Origin: Octopus sinensis
Taxonomy: Eukaryota
Reading direction: 5' to 3'
NCBI RefSeq assembly: GCF_006345805.1
Contig: NC_043004.1
Coordinates: forward strand, 3,038,001 to 3,102,000
DNA length: 64,000 nt
The notes below the pieces were generated by a model. That model worked only from the letters and a program-made list of their open reading frames with translations, was not told the DNA's origin and did not search any database. Of the stretch, positions 37,294 to 51,268 are shown piece after piece. The translations under genes and the position numbers were made by a program. How positions within the stretch are numbered: position 1 is the stretch's first letter; each line of letters opens with the position of its first letter.

Positions 37294-37452
37294 CAAAGGG
37301 CTTCTTTCAGTTTCCGTCTACCAAATCAAACCACAAGGCTTTGGTCGGCCCGAGGCTATAGTAGAAGACATTTGATAAGGTGCAACACAGTGGGACTGAA
37401 CCGGGAACCGTATAGTTAGTTGGGAAGTAAGCTTCTTACCACACAGCCACAG
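37060..37452 (-). mobile_element. SINE family B, full length
   Basis: Reverse-oriented tail, internal microsatellite and head. Confidence 0.88.
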
Positions 37453-37530
37453 CTAAAATAATTCATAATTTTTTACCTGCATACGTACATATTCTGACGT
37501 AAAGTCACAAACATTATACAATACACACAA

Positions 37531-37885
37531 AGTGGCGAGCTGGCAGAATCGTTAGGGCGCCGGACGAAATGCTACGTCTGCCGCTACGTTCTGAGTTCAA
37601 ATTCCGCCAAAGTCGACTTTGCCTTTCATCCTTTCGGGGTCCATCAAATGAGTACCAGTTACACACTGGTCGATGTAATCGACTTAATCCGTGTGTGTGT
37701 CCTTGTTTGTCCCCTCTGTGTTTAGCCCCCTGTGGGCAATAAAGAAGGGGGGTATTTCTTGTCTTTATGTTCTGCGTTCAAATTCCGCCGAGGTCACCTT
37801 TGCCTTTCATCCTTGCGGGGTCGATAATTTAAGCACCATCTAATCAACTGGCCCCTCCTTCAAAATTTCAGCCTTGTGCCTAGAG
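37531..37885 (+). mobile_element. SINE family A, full length, two cores
   Basis: ggcgagctggcagaatcgttag head, two cores, ttgtgcctagag tail. Confidence 0.92.
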
Positions 37886-38149
37886 CGGAAAAGAAAAGAA
37901 AACAGATTATATATTACACAAACATACGTATGTATAATCATATACATATATAATTATATCTATGTATATACATTCCCTGTGTTAACGAATGTATGTGTGT
38001 AAAGGTATGTATATACGAATACACGCATGTGTATACATGTACGTATTTGTTGTATATACATTTTTAAGCACACGCATACATAAATACATACACTTGCACA
38101 AACACACATACTTATATATACACATGCCCTCATACACACTTCTATACCC

Positions 38150-38529
38150 CCCACACACATGCATGCATACATACATACATACATGCATACATACATACAT
38201 ACATACATACATACATGCATACATACATACATACATACATACATACACGCATACATACATACATGCATACATACATACACACATACATACATACAAACAT
38301 ACATACATACACACATACATACAAACATATACATACACATTTATATACATACATACATACGTAGATGCATACATACATACTTACATGCATACATACATAA
38401 ATGCATGCATACATACATACACACATACATACATACAAACATACATACACACTTATATACATATATACGTACACACATCATACATACATACATACATACA
38501 TACGTACACATACATACATACATACAACA

Positions 38530-38562
<33 letters not shown>

Positions 38563-38910
38563 GCATACATGCATAAATGCCTGCATACATTCATACACAC
38601 ATACATACATACAAACATACATACACACATACATACAAACATACATACACACTTATATACATACATACATGCATACACACACACATACATACATACATAC
38701 ATACATACATACATACATACATACATACATACATACGTACATACATACATACATACATGCATACATACATACAAACATACATACATACACACTTATATAC
38801 ATACATACATACATACATACATACATACACACATATAAACACACACATACATACACACACACATACATACATACATACATGCATGCATGCATACATACAT
38901 AAATGCATGC
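38150..38910. repeat. Complex (CATA)n-derived array with higher-order repeats
   Basis: Recurring variant words acacttatatacata and cataaatgc. Confidence 0.92.
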
Positions 38911-39382
38911 TGCCTACGTATGGCGTATATCTAACGCAACCTTTTCGAAAACCTTTCATCTGAAGTCTGACTGGAGCAAAGCAACAACAACAAAATCTCA
39001 CAACAAAAATCTCACAACAATAACAACGACAACATCACATCTTTAAAGGCTCCGATATTTACTCAGGCTCATATTCACAAACATACAACACGTGATGTGT
39101 CGGTGTCGTTTAATCCCAGGTCAGTCTTGATTAAACAGGCCTAATCAAAAGTAACCCTGCCATAAGCACATCATGCTTTTTTTTTTGCTATTTTTTTACC
39201 CCACCCACCTCTCTTTTGCAAAAGAAATCCAAGAACACAAGACGACATGTTTTTTTTTTTAAGACTTTAAGTATTCTTAGAATTGATGGTGATTTGGTGC
39301 TATTTCTAGCAAGATGAAAGAGCACTCAAGGTCTAGTATCTGCCCCTAACGTTGGCTGTTGCTTGTCTGTCTGTATGTACAC

Positions 39383-39416
<34 letters not shown>

Positions 39417-40004
39417 TAAAGATTGTTTAACAACACCGCTAATTGGAACGAAACACGTGACTACGTTGTTGAAATTACAAATCTAATGAAAATCGCTGAA
39501 GAGAAATATTGACCAAGATATTAATTGTTGCCGGAGGGCAGAGCGCCGGCGCAAACACACACACACACACAAGACGGTGGCGGCGGGAGTACTAACACTT
39601 CCTCGTTTCTATAATAGTAAGGGTGGAGAAGGGATCATAAATATCGATTATTAACCTAACACTAGTTGATGATAATCCCTACGCATTAAAAAGTAACAAA
39701 AAAAGGGATAAAAAAGACAAGTGACTCTGTCGGGAATTGAACTCACACACCGTGTGATATTATTTTCCTCTTTTCTTTTTCCCATGTTATTTTATATTTC
39801 TTTTCATTTATTCTTTTTGGTTGTTACTTAAGGATAATGTCTGTATTCACGAAAGGGAACAACTAATGCTCAGCAAAGCACATGCATACATACCTACATG
39901 CGTGTGTGCGTGTACGCTTGTGTATATATAATATATATATATATATAATATATATATATATAATATATATACATATATTACATATATATATATATATATA
40001 TATA

Positions 40005-40133
<129 letters not shown>

Positions 40134-40134
40134 G

Positions 40135-40525
40135 ACACAGGCGTGGCTGTTTGGGTAAGAAGCTTGCTTCCCAGCCACATGGTTCCGGGTTCAGTCCCAC
40201 TGCGTGGAATCTTGGGCCGGTGTCTTCTGCTATAGCCCCGGGCCGACCAAAGCCTTGTGAGTGGCTTTGGTAGACGGAAACTGAAAGAAGCCTGTCATAC
40301 ATGTGTGTGTGTGTGTGTGCTTGTGTCAGTGATTGTCCCCCTAGCATCGCTTGACAACTGATGTTGGCATCTTTACGTCCCCGTAACCTAGTGGTTCGTC
40401 AAAAGACCGATATAATAAGTACTAGGCATACAAATAATAAATCCTGGGGTCGATTTGTTGTTCGACTGAAGGCGGTGCCCCAGCATGGCCGCAGTGAAAT
40501 TACTAAAACAAATAAAAGAATAAAA
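40135..40525 (+). mobile_element. SINE family B, full length
   Basis: ggcgtggctgtttgggtaagaagcttgcttccc head to ggcggtgccccagcatggccgcag tail. Confidence 0.92.
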
Positions 40526-40653
40526 GAAATATTGCGCAGGGATATATATATATATATATTGTACTTATATACCTATACTGACACATGCATACATGCATCT
40601 ACATATGTGTGTGTGTATATATATATAAGTGTGTATGTATGTATGTGTGTATG

Positions 40654-40699
<46 letters not shown>

Positions 40700-40794
40700 C
40701 ATATATTGTTGTATTTGGGGATGGTCATAAAAACACACGCACTATATATTTGGTGTTCAGTTGCATCAGCTTTATTTCATATTAATTGTATTTC

Positions 40795-40839
40795 GGTCAG
40801 AGTTCTTTTGTCACACTTCTGTAACCTCATCAGTGGTCC
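40795..40839 (-). ncRNA. Hammerhead motif family 3, decayed (G12 to A)
   Basis: GGACCA-CUGAUGA-G-GUUAC agaagu GUGAC-AAAA-GAAC-UC; element 40738-40900 matches 9885-10030. Confidence 0.65.
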
Positions 40840-41195
40840 TTTGTTTTCTCCTTTCTTTATTTTTTTTTTTGTGTCTCTCCTTACTAATGATCTGCTATTT
40901 TGTATTCCTGCTGTATGTGTCTTTATTTGCGCATGCGTATATCCCTGTGTGTGTCTATGCTTAGTAAATGTGTGTGTGTGGGGGGGGGGGGAATGTGCCT
41001 GCTATTATCAGTATCCCCCTGTTTATACACGTTCGTTTAATCTACTTTTATTTCTTTTATTCATTTGTTTATATCTACTTACTTTTTTTTTCTTTCTGTT
41101 TTTTGTATTTAATTTAATTTAATTTGTTAATGTATATAGATATTTAATTCCATATATTTATCTGTGTAGTGTATTATATTCATATTATTATCAGT

Positions 41196-41910
41196 TTACG
41201 GGGACTTTATTCTGTCATATGTTGTGGTGTGTTGGAGGTGTTTGCTAGTGTTCCATTCTAGTTTCCTATTCAGGCTAGGTTTTTTTTCTTCTATTATGTG
41301 AATAGCATCCGTAATTTGTCTGATTGTTGCGTCTGTTCTATGTGTGGAGAAGATTTTTATTTCTATATTGTTGAGTGAGCCCCCGTGTTCCTGCTCGGCC
41401 TGCTGGTGCGGAACCGATGAGCTCCTCTCTTTCCTTAATTTTCCTCCAATGCTCATTTACCCGCTCTCATATGCTCCGGGCCGTCTCCCTTACGTACGTC
41501 GTTGTCTTGTTTCTGCACCGTCCCTCTGTACATCTTATACTATAGACTACATTCCTAGCTTTACAGCTTGTCTGTGGGCTAAATCTACATACAGTATAGA
41601 GTTCCTATCAGTACAGGGGATTAGGGATTTGCTAGGAATTTGCCAGGCCTTTCTACAACCTTAATTATTAGCTTAAGTTTGACTAGGGCTCTTCTAAAGC
41701 GGTACGCGAGTTCGCCTCTAGGGATGGTGTCGACGAACATGACACTCTGGTATTTGTGGCTATCATACCATGAGTTGGCCTTCCCTATGTTCTTCTTAGT
41801 CCTTTCAATGGTGTTCCATGACTTGCCCCTATTGAGTGGGCAAATCCCATTCCTATCGTTACGTATGATAGTTTCAAATTCTCTCATGGTTCCTTTGTAT
41901 ACTCTGATCC
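41196..41910 (-). mobile_element. Penelope-like element: RT C-terminal linker plus GIY-YIG endonuclease remnant
   Basis: SVMFVDTIPRGELA..IKVVERPG; SCKARNVVYSIRC..C..YVRETARSI*ERVNEH; RQITDAIHI..KPSLNRKLEW. Confidence 0.88.
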
Positions 41911-41917
41911 TTATAAA

Positions 41918-42290
41918 TCAGGTCATCCCATAAGTTCCGCCCGAATTTTGAATAAAGAAAACAAGTAATCAAATGTTATATTTAATTGAAATTTAATCAT
42001 CAATGTACTTTCCCTGATTATCTATGACTTCCTTCCACCTATTTACAAGCTTTTTAATCCCATCATTGTAAAACTCTTTTGGTTTCAAAGCGAAGAACTC
42101 TGAAATGTCAGTTTCGACCTCCTCCTGATTTGCGAAATTATGTCCCCCAAGTGATACTGTAAACTACGAAACAAATGGTAGTCTGAAGGAGCAAGGTCGG
42201 GAGAATAAAGTAGATGAGGAATTTTTTCCCAACCAAGCTCTTCGATCTTCTGTGATGTGATCTTTGCAGTGTGGGCATTCTGACTGAACC
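41918..42290 (-). pseudogene. Mariner transposase 3' fragment with terminal repeat
   Basis: HTAKITSQKIEELGWEKIPHLLYSPDLAPSDYHLFRSLQ, frameshift, FANQEEVETDISEFF..EFYNDGIKKLVNRWKEVIDNQGKYIDD*. Confidence 0.93.
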
Positions 42291-43161
42291 AATTAAAAAA
42301 AAATTTATCATTAATCTGATAGAGTCTGTAACTTGCCGAGAACCACTTGTTATCGAAGACAGATGCTGAGGAGATGAGTACCTCTGAAGATTTCAATTCA
42401 TCAATTAGGGAATGGTGTAAGCTCTTTCAAATATCGGAACTATTAAGCTTGCAGCAATTTGCGCCTCTTGATGTTTGGTGATGTTAAAAGTTGTAGGTGG
42501 CACAACTTAAATGTAACCTTTATTAATGTTATTATCATTCACTGGTTTATCCAACGCTCAGATCGCATGGTTGCAGAGTGAGCAGAACATCTTGAAATTA
42601 CATACCCGACTGACAAGGAAGTGGTCAACGAGATGCCAGCGTGGATAATGTATGGCGTATCTTTGCAGTCTTGCGTTTGTTTTGCTAGAAAATGTTGGTA
42701 ATGATGCTCATATGAAGAATTCTGATACCATTGTTGTTGGCTTTCCCAACATTATAGTTATCAACTAGTCAATCCCAGATTATTCTTAATCCTATCTGCC
42801 CTCGCTTCTCCATAAAGAAATAAATCCGTAAAGAAATAAATCTACACACAGAGACACATAGAAGATAACTTTTTAGATATACACAGTAAAAGACAATTTG
42901 TTACAGTAAAATACAAATTGTCACATAAACTGATTCTGCACAGACCAAATCATCATCTGCTTCCAAACTAAATCTGTTACGTCATACCTAAACTGATTTC
43001 ATGAATGGACGCCTCGAAGACTTTCACGAATGGGGTTAGGCCTATCTGGTCTCTTTCGAACGGGGTCAAACCACACACAATGCACAGAGTAAGAAAACAT
43101 TATCGTACCGGTCTAAACACTATCACACCAAACTCAGCGTCGAAATTATCACACTGCACTA

Positions 43162-43535
43162 AGGCTGCGAGCTGGCAGAATCGTTATCGCGCTGGGCGAA
43201 ATGCTTCGCGGTATTACGTCTGCCGCTACATTCTGAGTTCAAATTCTGCCGAGGTTGACTTTGCCTTTCATCCTTTCGGATTCGATTAAATAAGTACCAG
43301 TTACGCATTGGGGTCGATATAATCGATTTAATCCGTGTGTCTGTCCTTGTTTAGCCTCTCTGTGTTTAGCCCCTTGTAGGTAGTAAAGAAATAGGTATTT
43401 CGTCTGTCTTCACCTTCTGAGTTCAAATTCTTTTCAGGTTCGATAAATTAAGTACCAGTTGCGTACAGGGGTCGATATAATCGCCTGCCCACCACCCCAA
43501 AAATTTCGGGTCTTGTGCCTAGAGTAGAAAAGATA
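43162..43535 (+). mobile_element. SINE family A, full length
   Basis: Head, core, partly deleted second core, tail. Confidence 0.92.
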
Positions 43536-44389
43536 ATCACGTTACACTATACATCAACATTATCCTATCGTCTCACATATCAACGTTTCTCAACAAGATG
43601 ACCCAAGGTCGCTGCAAATATGAGGATTCACTACCAGTAAGGGTCCCTCTCGGCAAACTTACATTCTCTCAGGTTTAGAAAATATGTGAAAAACCAAATA
43701 CGTGTATGAAATTCAGGCGTGCTTGGTAGAAAAGCTACCTCACTGCGATCCATTGAACCTCTTCGATTCGTGTTACAAAACGGGTCAAGAAGGTTGTCAT
43801 TGTGTTGATACGAGAATGTTTTCTTGCTCGGTGCATTGATTGTATTTTTATGCTGCTTGAAAGAGGTGAGACAGGCCCGGCGCCGTTCCTAATACAGGAA
43901 GGTCAGGTGGCCACCACAGCGGGGTCCAATTCCTAGTGTTATTGGGGTCACTGACGTGTTGTTGTGGTCACTGGCGAATATACCAAACATCAATCAATCG
44001 AAGGTCACTCGAGTGAATTTAGAATGTCACTCGCCAACATATTCGAGCCTTTAACTTCTGTCTCTCGCTTTTCCTCTCTTTACCCCTTCTTCCTCTCTAC
44101 CTTCTCTAACATCACCCCTCAGCACTTTCGCCCTCCCCCTCATCAATCGTTCTGCACTTATCTCTGTATCTCGTCCTTCCTTTCCGAAACCTCAATATTC
44201 TCTAGTTGTCTCCTTTCCAAACATTTTTTCCAAGCGGAAGGTTTAACCCGTTCACCTCAGGTTAAAGAAACCAACAAAAATAATGCAAAAATAAAGAATT
44301 ATTACCATCAAGCTATCTTATCATAAATTTTTTACATTTCAATGTACTTTAGTCTCATATGTATATACATTTCTTGAATGGACGGTAAG

Positions 44390-44890
44390 GTGTATTTTGC
44401 TTCGAGTTGCAGAACCACAATGACAAGTAAGGTTTCTATTCAAAGAAGCAGCATTTTGACAACGTGACTTCACACTTGCACAAAGTCAGTCCCAATGTTG
44501 GAGTCGACTTTACTCAAATCTTTGAACTGAGGAGAAGCAGCACTGGTGCCAGGTCCGGCGTTCTGATCCTTTGTTTCCCCCCCAGAAAGAAAAGAGAATG
44601 TTGCATCGCTTCAGATTGTCTTTTAATTTGCATTTGAAGCGCAAGATTGGCCTTTCAACTGACTTTCCTGTTGGGTATTGGCCAAAGAGAAGTTACTTCT
44701 GAATTCTGATATCACTCTTAGGTGAGAGATTACCTGACCATCAAAGCTGTATATGGTCACTCAGTTTTATTCAAGCATCGTATATGAAAAGCGACAAGCT
44801 GGTTGATGTGCATTTGGTACAGGGTCCAAGATTTAAGACGCTAAAACAATGATGTGAAAACCACCGACATATACACATCGACTTTCACAT
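44390..44890 (-). mobile_element. RTE-clade LINE 3' remnant
   Basis: IQL*WSGNL..SDIRIQK*LLFGQYPTGKSVERPILRFKCKLKDNLKRCNI. Confidence 0.8.
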
Positions 44891-44944
44891 TCCAAAGCCT
44901 GTGATAAAACTTAGCCTTCCCGATTTTGGATATATATATATATA

Positions 44945-45330
44945 TATTCTTTTATTTGTTTCAGTCATTTCACTGCGGCCAAGCTCGAGTATCACCTTTA
45001 GTCGAGCAAACCGACCCCAGGACTTATTCTTTGTAAGCCTAGTACTTATTCTATCGGTGTCTTTTGCAGAACCGCTAAGTTACGGGGACGTAAACACACC
45101 AGCACCAGTTGTCAAGTCATGTTGGGGGGACAAACACAGACACAGAAACACACGCACACAGAAACACACACACACACAAACATATATATATATATACATA
45201 TATACGACGGGCTTCTTTCAGTTTCCGCTTACCAAATCCACTCACAAGTCTTTGGTCGGCGCGAGGCTACAGTAGAAGATACTTACTTAAGGTGCCACGC
45301 AGTGGAACTGAACCCGGAAACATGTGGGTG
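44945..45330 (-). mobile_element. SINE family B, full length
   Basis: Reverse-oriented tail, internal microsatellite and head. Confidence 0.92.
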
Positions 45331-45507
45331 TAATATATGTAATTTAAAGATCAGAACTTAACTGCAGATCTTGACGGTCCAAATCGGAGTTGCAATCTAT
45401 GTGGTGTCTTTTCAAAACATTGTCTGCTTTAAAAAAAACACATCAGACGGCCATGATGGTTCTGAGGTGTAGGTGCAGGGGGTATTCAAACTTTGCTAAG
45501 TAAACAA

Positions 45508-45572
<65 letters not shown>

Positions 45573-45894
45573 TTTGTATATATATGCGTATATCTGCATA
45601 TATGAGTATAGATATGTATGTCTACGTACATATATATATGGTGTAAATACAATGAAAAATAAGAATAGACAAAACAACAGTACAAAATTTTAAGAGGCAT
45701 TAGCTTAACTTTTAAGTGAAAAGAGAAAACACCTTAAACTTTCGGGCGTTGGTCATTCATCAGAATAATGAGAGAAGAGTAGGACAGAGAGAAAATAGAC
45801 GGGGCTAGAAACCAGGTGCGGAACATGCTCTACGAAGTAAGTTAAGAAGGAAAGGAGAGGTGGGTGTGTAGATGAATATATAAAGGATAAAGGT

Positions 45895-46130
45895 CCTTTC
45901 CGAGCTCTGTAGACTCATACAGCCAGTTTACCGGTTTCTGCAGCATATATATTCCCTCCTGAACGGGACACCGGTCCGTCACAGGTTTGCTCCTATTTGC
46001 CAGCTGAGTGGACTGGAGGAATTTGAAATAAAGCGGTTTTTTTCAAGAACACAATACGTCGCCCGGTCCTGGAATCGAACCCATAATCTTAAGATCATGA
46101 GTCCAGTAGCTTAACCACTAAGCCACGCAT
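45895..46130 (-). mobile_element. tRNA-derived SINE family C
   Basis: Minus: gtggcttagtggtt A-box, ggttcgattcc B-box, central cctgtgacggaccggtgtcccgttcagg segment. Confidence 0.8.
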
Positions 46131-46860
46131 CCCCCACACGGGTGTGTAGAGGCGTGCATAGGGGGGCAGTGATATGGATATGTGTTTTAGAGTGATATGG
46201 ATATATGTGTAAAGGTGTGCAAGTGTGGAAATATAATGGCATAGGTTAGAGTGTGTGTATTAGTGTGTGTGTGTTTGTGGGTATGTGTTTGTGTGTATGT
46301 AATCTTTGGGAGGGTGATATGAAAGCGTGTATGTGAAGGAGGCGAAATCGGATAACTGTTTATGTGTGTGTATGTGCGTTCGGGTGTGCGTTTGCGTCCT
46401 AACATGTGTTTATTGTTTGTCTATTAAGCCTGGCAATTATATATCTTTACACCAAAATACACGGCGAGAGAATTTATAAACAAACACCGAAACAGATGCA
46501 GCAAATCGCCAACTTGGGATTTCGTTCATTGCCAACCGCAACACATTCTGTCTTATACAAATATATTCATACACATACAGACTCTGTCATTGTTATATAT
46601 ATATATATATATATGTATGTATATATATACACGCTCGCGCGCGCACACACTTTTTCTCTCTTTCTCTCTTACCCAGACATACACACACATACACATATAT
46701 TCATGTTTTGAGTTCTATTTTTCCTGTTTTACATCGCCAAAGCTACACACATAAACACACACACACACAGATGCTGATAGATAGAGAGAAAGACAGACGG
46801 ACAGACAAACAAATAGACAGACAGACAGAGAGACACAGGTAGACAGATGGATGGATGCAC

Positions 46861-46914
<54 letters not shown>

Positions 46915-46915
46915 G

Positions 46916-46968
<53 letters not shown>

Positions 46969-47064
46969 GGATGGATATATATATATACATATATATATAT
47001 AAGAATTTTTTGCGTAATAAAATAAAAAACCAAGGCTGTGTAGATATTAGAGCATTATAGATAG

Positions 47065-47116
47065 GTCTTACAGCTGTTTCTGGGATATTTATTAATTATA
47101 TCTCTTCATCGGAGAC
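47065..47116 (-). ncRNA. Type I hammerhead motif (family 5)
   Basis: GUCU-CCGAUGA-A-GAGAUAU..AUAUCCC-A-GAAA-CAGCUG-UA-AGAC; helix I GUCU/AGAC, palindromic ACAGCUGU. Confidence 0.72.
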
Positions 47117-47250
47117 GGTGTGTGAGTATAGTTTATACATATATATATTTTTCCTCTCCTTTTTTCTCTCCTTGTTTCTCTCCTTGTTGTTTTGTCTCTT
47201 TTTCTCTCCCTTTTTCTCTCCTTTTTTTTCTCTCCTTGTTTTCTGTGTCC

Positions 47251-47286
47251 CCTTCTGTAGAAGAGCATAGGCTCGAAACGTAAAAG
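47251..47286 (+). ncRNA. Hammerhead-like motif family 2 (CUGUAGA core)
   Basis: CCUU-CUGUAGA-A-GAGC auag GCUC-GAAA-CG-UA-AAAG. Confidence 0.7.
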
Positions 47287-47473
47287 ACTGTTTCTATTCC
47301 TGAGCGTTATACTAATACATCTGTTTGTTTTGTACACCATCTGTGTTCCTCTTTTGTTTTTTTTTCGTAAACTCTCTCTCTCACTATATATATATATATA
47401 TATGTGACCTCGTGTGTACCGTTGGCGATTTTTTTCCTCTGTCTTCCCTTCTCTGGATCTTTCCTTCTCCTAT

Positions 47474-47508
47474 GTTTCCGACGAAGAGCTCCGCTCGAAA
47501 CGTTAAAC
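47474..47508 (+). ncRNA. Hammerhead motif family 1 (CCGACGA core)
   Basis: GUUU-CCGACGA-A-GAGC ucc GCUC-GAAA-CG-UU-AAAC. Confidence 0.72.
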
Positions 47509-47602
47509 CCTCCTCCTTTCCTTCTTTCCTGAGCGTCCAATAATACTATATTTGTTCCACGTCCTCGCGTTGTTGTGTTTTTTTGTGCTTTCTTGTTTGG
47601 AT

Positions 47603-47692
<90 letters not shown>

Positions 47693-47715
47693 GAGAGAGA
47701 TAGATAGATAGATAG

Positions 47716-47754
<39 letters not shown>

Positions 47755-48466
47755 CACATAAATATATGCATACACACATACACATATATCATTCAGAAAA
47801 CCTTATATATACACTGAGTGTTAATATGTTCGTCTGAGGGTCGTATAGCATCTGATACTCCGAGTCCGATGTTTAGTTTCCGATGCTCCTTGTCAGCGAT
47901 AGTCCAAGTGGCTGTCATTCTGTCATAGTATCTGACAAACAGCCTCTATAATATATATCCAGATAAACACAGAATCTTCTGAACTTTTGCCCTAAATTAA
48001 AAAATAAACTGTTAGCAATGTATCATATTTTGTGTGATACTCTCCACCGCGCAGCATTTAATAATATCAGACCATCGATATCTCACTGTTCAACGGTGCA
48101 TTTATGGACTCTCATACATTATCTGATGCACACAATCTCCTTCTCACAGTGTGTTTCATAGATTATAAAAATAATTTCATTGTTGTTAGCTGTATTTACA
48201 CTTTATACCCTGGGTGCCACCCAGACACATGGAGTTCATAACGGGTAGGATAATCTTAATATATTGCATAGTTTTATATGATGTCGTGAAACGCTAGCAG
48301 GGGATAAAATTTTTAAAAATACACACGTCAACACATGAGTGCTTAATGAAAATTTTATAGAACTATGAAATTTTAGGTGATAATACACTTCGTAATTATT
48401 ATTATTATTATTGTTGTTGTTGTTGTTGTTGTTGTTGTTATTATTACTATTATTGTTATTATTATT

Positions 48467-48780
48467 CAGTAGTTTTATTTTTATAGCGTGCTTTCACTTC
48501 ACTACCGAGCGCAGCTGTGTGTGCTTTGCGTGTGTGCTGTGGATTGCTGTGATGCTCTTATGGTTACTGTATTGTAGATTCCACATTCTGGTTACCTCTA
48601 TTTCCAGGTCTTTGTATTTTGAGAGTTTCACTATTTCTTTCAGAGAAATGTCTTTTTTCCTTCATAATCTCTGACAGCAATATCTGGCCTATTGGCTTTA
48701 ATTTATCTATCTGTGTATATTGGCATATGCCATAGTATGGTTGCTTTCTGGTTTTCAGTGACCTTTTCTGGCGTGTGCTT
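48467..48780 (-). mobile_element. R4/Dong-like RLE fragment
   Basis: KHTPEKVTENQKATILWHMPIYTDR*IKANRPDI..KLSKYKDLEIEVTRMWNL; flanked by (TTA/TTG)n. Confidence 0.88.
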
Positions 48781-48814
48781 ATTATTATTGTTGTTGTTGT
48801 TATCATTATTATTA

Positions 48815-49212
48815 TGAGGCGGCGAGGTGGCAGAATCGCTAACACGCTGAACGTTCTGAGTTCAAATTCCGTCGAAGTTGACTTTGCTTTTCATACTTTC
48901 GAGGTCGTTAACATGAATACCAGTTGAACTTGGAGTCCATGTAATCGACTCATCCCCACCTTCCTAAAGCTGCAATTGTGGAAAATTTTGAAATAATAAT
49001 AATAATAATAATAATAAATAACAATTGTTATCATTATGAATCGATGAGCTGGCAGAGTCGTTAGCGTGCTAGATGAAGTGCTTAGCAGTATTTCGCTAAG
49101 TTCAAATTCCGTTGAGGTCGACTTTGCCTCTCATCCTTTCGAAGTTGATAAACCAATAAAACATTAAGGTCGATGTAGTCGACTGTCCCCTTACCCCAAA
49201 TTAGTAGAAAGG
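48815..49212 (+). mobile_element. Two adjacent diverged SINE family A copies
   Basis: Heads at ~48815 and ~49043, each with gagttc/aagttcaaattcc and a core. Confidence 0.85.
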
Positions 49213-49274
<62 letters not shown>

Positions 49275-49307
49275 CATCATCATCATCATTATCATCATCA
49301 TAATCAC

Positions 49308-49346
<39 letters not shown>

Positions 49347-49366
49347 AATCACCATCATCATCATCA

Positions 49367-49430
<64 letters not shown>

Positions 49431-49561
49431 CATCATCATCATCATCATCATATTATTATTATTGTTATTATTATTATTATTATTATCATTATCATCATCA
49501 TCATCATCATCATTATTATTATTATTATATTAGTATTATCATCATCATCATCATCATCATC

Positions 49562-49620
<59 letters not shown>

Positions 49621-49621
<1 letters not shown>

Positions 49622-49853
49622 GACGTCGCACAGTTACAATATCGTGATGTTGATTGAAGATATTGTGTTTGTACTGTTTGTCAAGTCACCACAAGGAACT
49701 CAGATAGACAGTACTTAACGTAATATACGTGCAGTTCCAAGTAATGCCGACTTTTGCAATACACCTAGATTGTAGGGCATTTCTAAGGTTTTCAGATGTA
49801 TTTTTCAGATTGGGTGGTATTGAACCCAATGCTCCGATGACAACAGGGATATC
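49621..49853 (-). mobile_element. R4/Dong-like 3' end between (TAA)n tracts
   Basis: IPVVIGALGSIPPNLKK..LGVLQKSALLGTARILR*VLSI*. Confidence 0.9.
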
Positions 49854-50629
<776 letters not shown>

Positions 50630-51183
50630 GAGTGAGAGAGCAGTGCATGCCATCAAAGTGACACTGGGGTAAAATATACGAAGCCCAATATACCCATCAT
50701 GACTACCCGTCTGATAAAGGTACACCAGGCACATGCATCACAACCATATGTGCGCGACATGGTGATCTCATATCAAGATAAACAGCACATGACCTTGCAG
50801 GTGGGGCCCAGTTAGAATTTTCTTCAGGTTGAGTAGCCCATCCCGCTCAAAAGGTCTCTGAATAAGGGTTGTTTAAGGATGTTGAACGAAACACCCATGT
50901 TTCCAGAGGTGAATTATCCAAACCCCAAAGAATCCCTCTCAACACATGGCTCTGATGCTCCCCCACTACTTCTGCACGTGATCAGAGATGCACACATCGT
51001 CAGCCACTAAGGGACATGCTCAACTAGTTAAGGTCAAACAATTGACAAGTAAATCTGTGGTACTGAGCAGAATATTTGCTGTAGCCCATCTTTTATACCA
51101 AGACAAAACAATGTATATGATAACACTTCCAATCAGTTAAGATCAGAAGCCATGAGAGCCACTGCCTGGTACTGCATCAGGGC

Positions 51184-51188
<5 letters not shown>
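50630..51188. mobile_element. ~560-bp element, copy E
   Basis: (TTA)n on both sides; head-to-tail with copy D. Confidence 0.92.

Positions 51189-51268
<80 letters not shown>

Noticed and set aside
45361-45515. Possible Tc1-like 5' end on the minus strand
   Set aside because: Only a TATAGGGT-like start and weak similarity; too decayed to call
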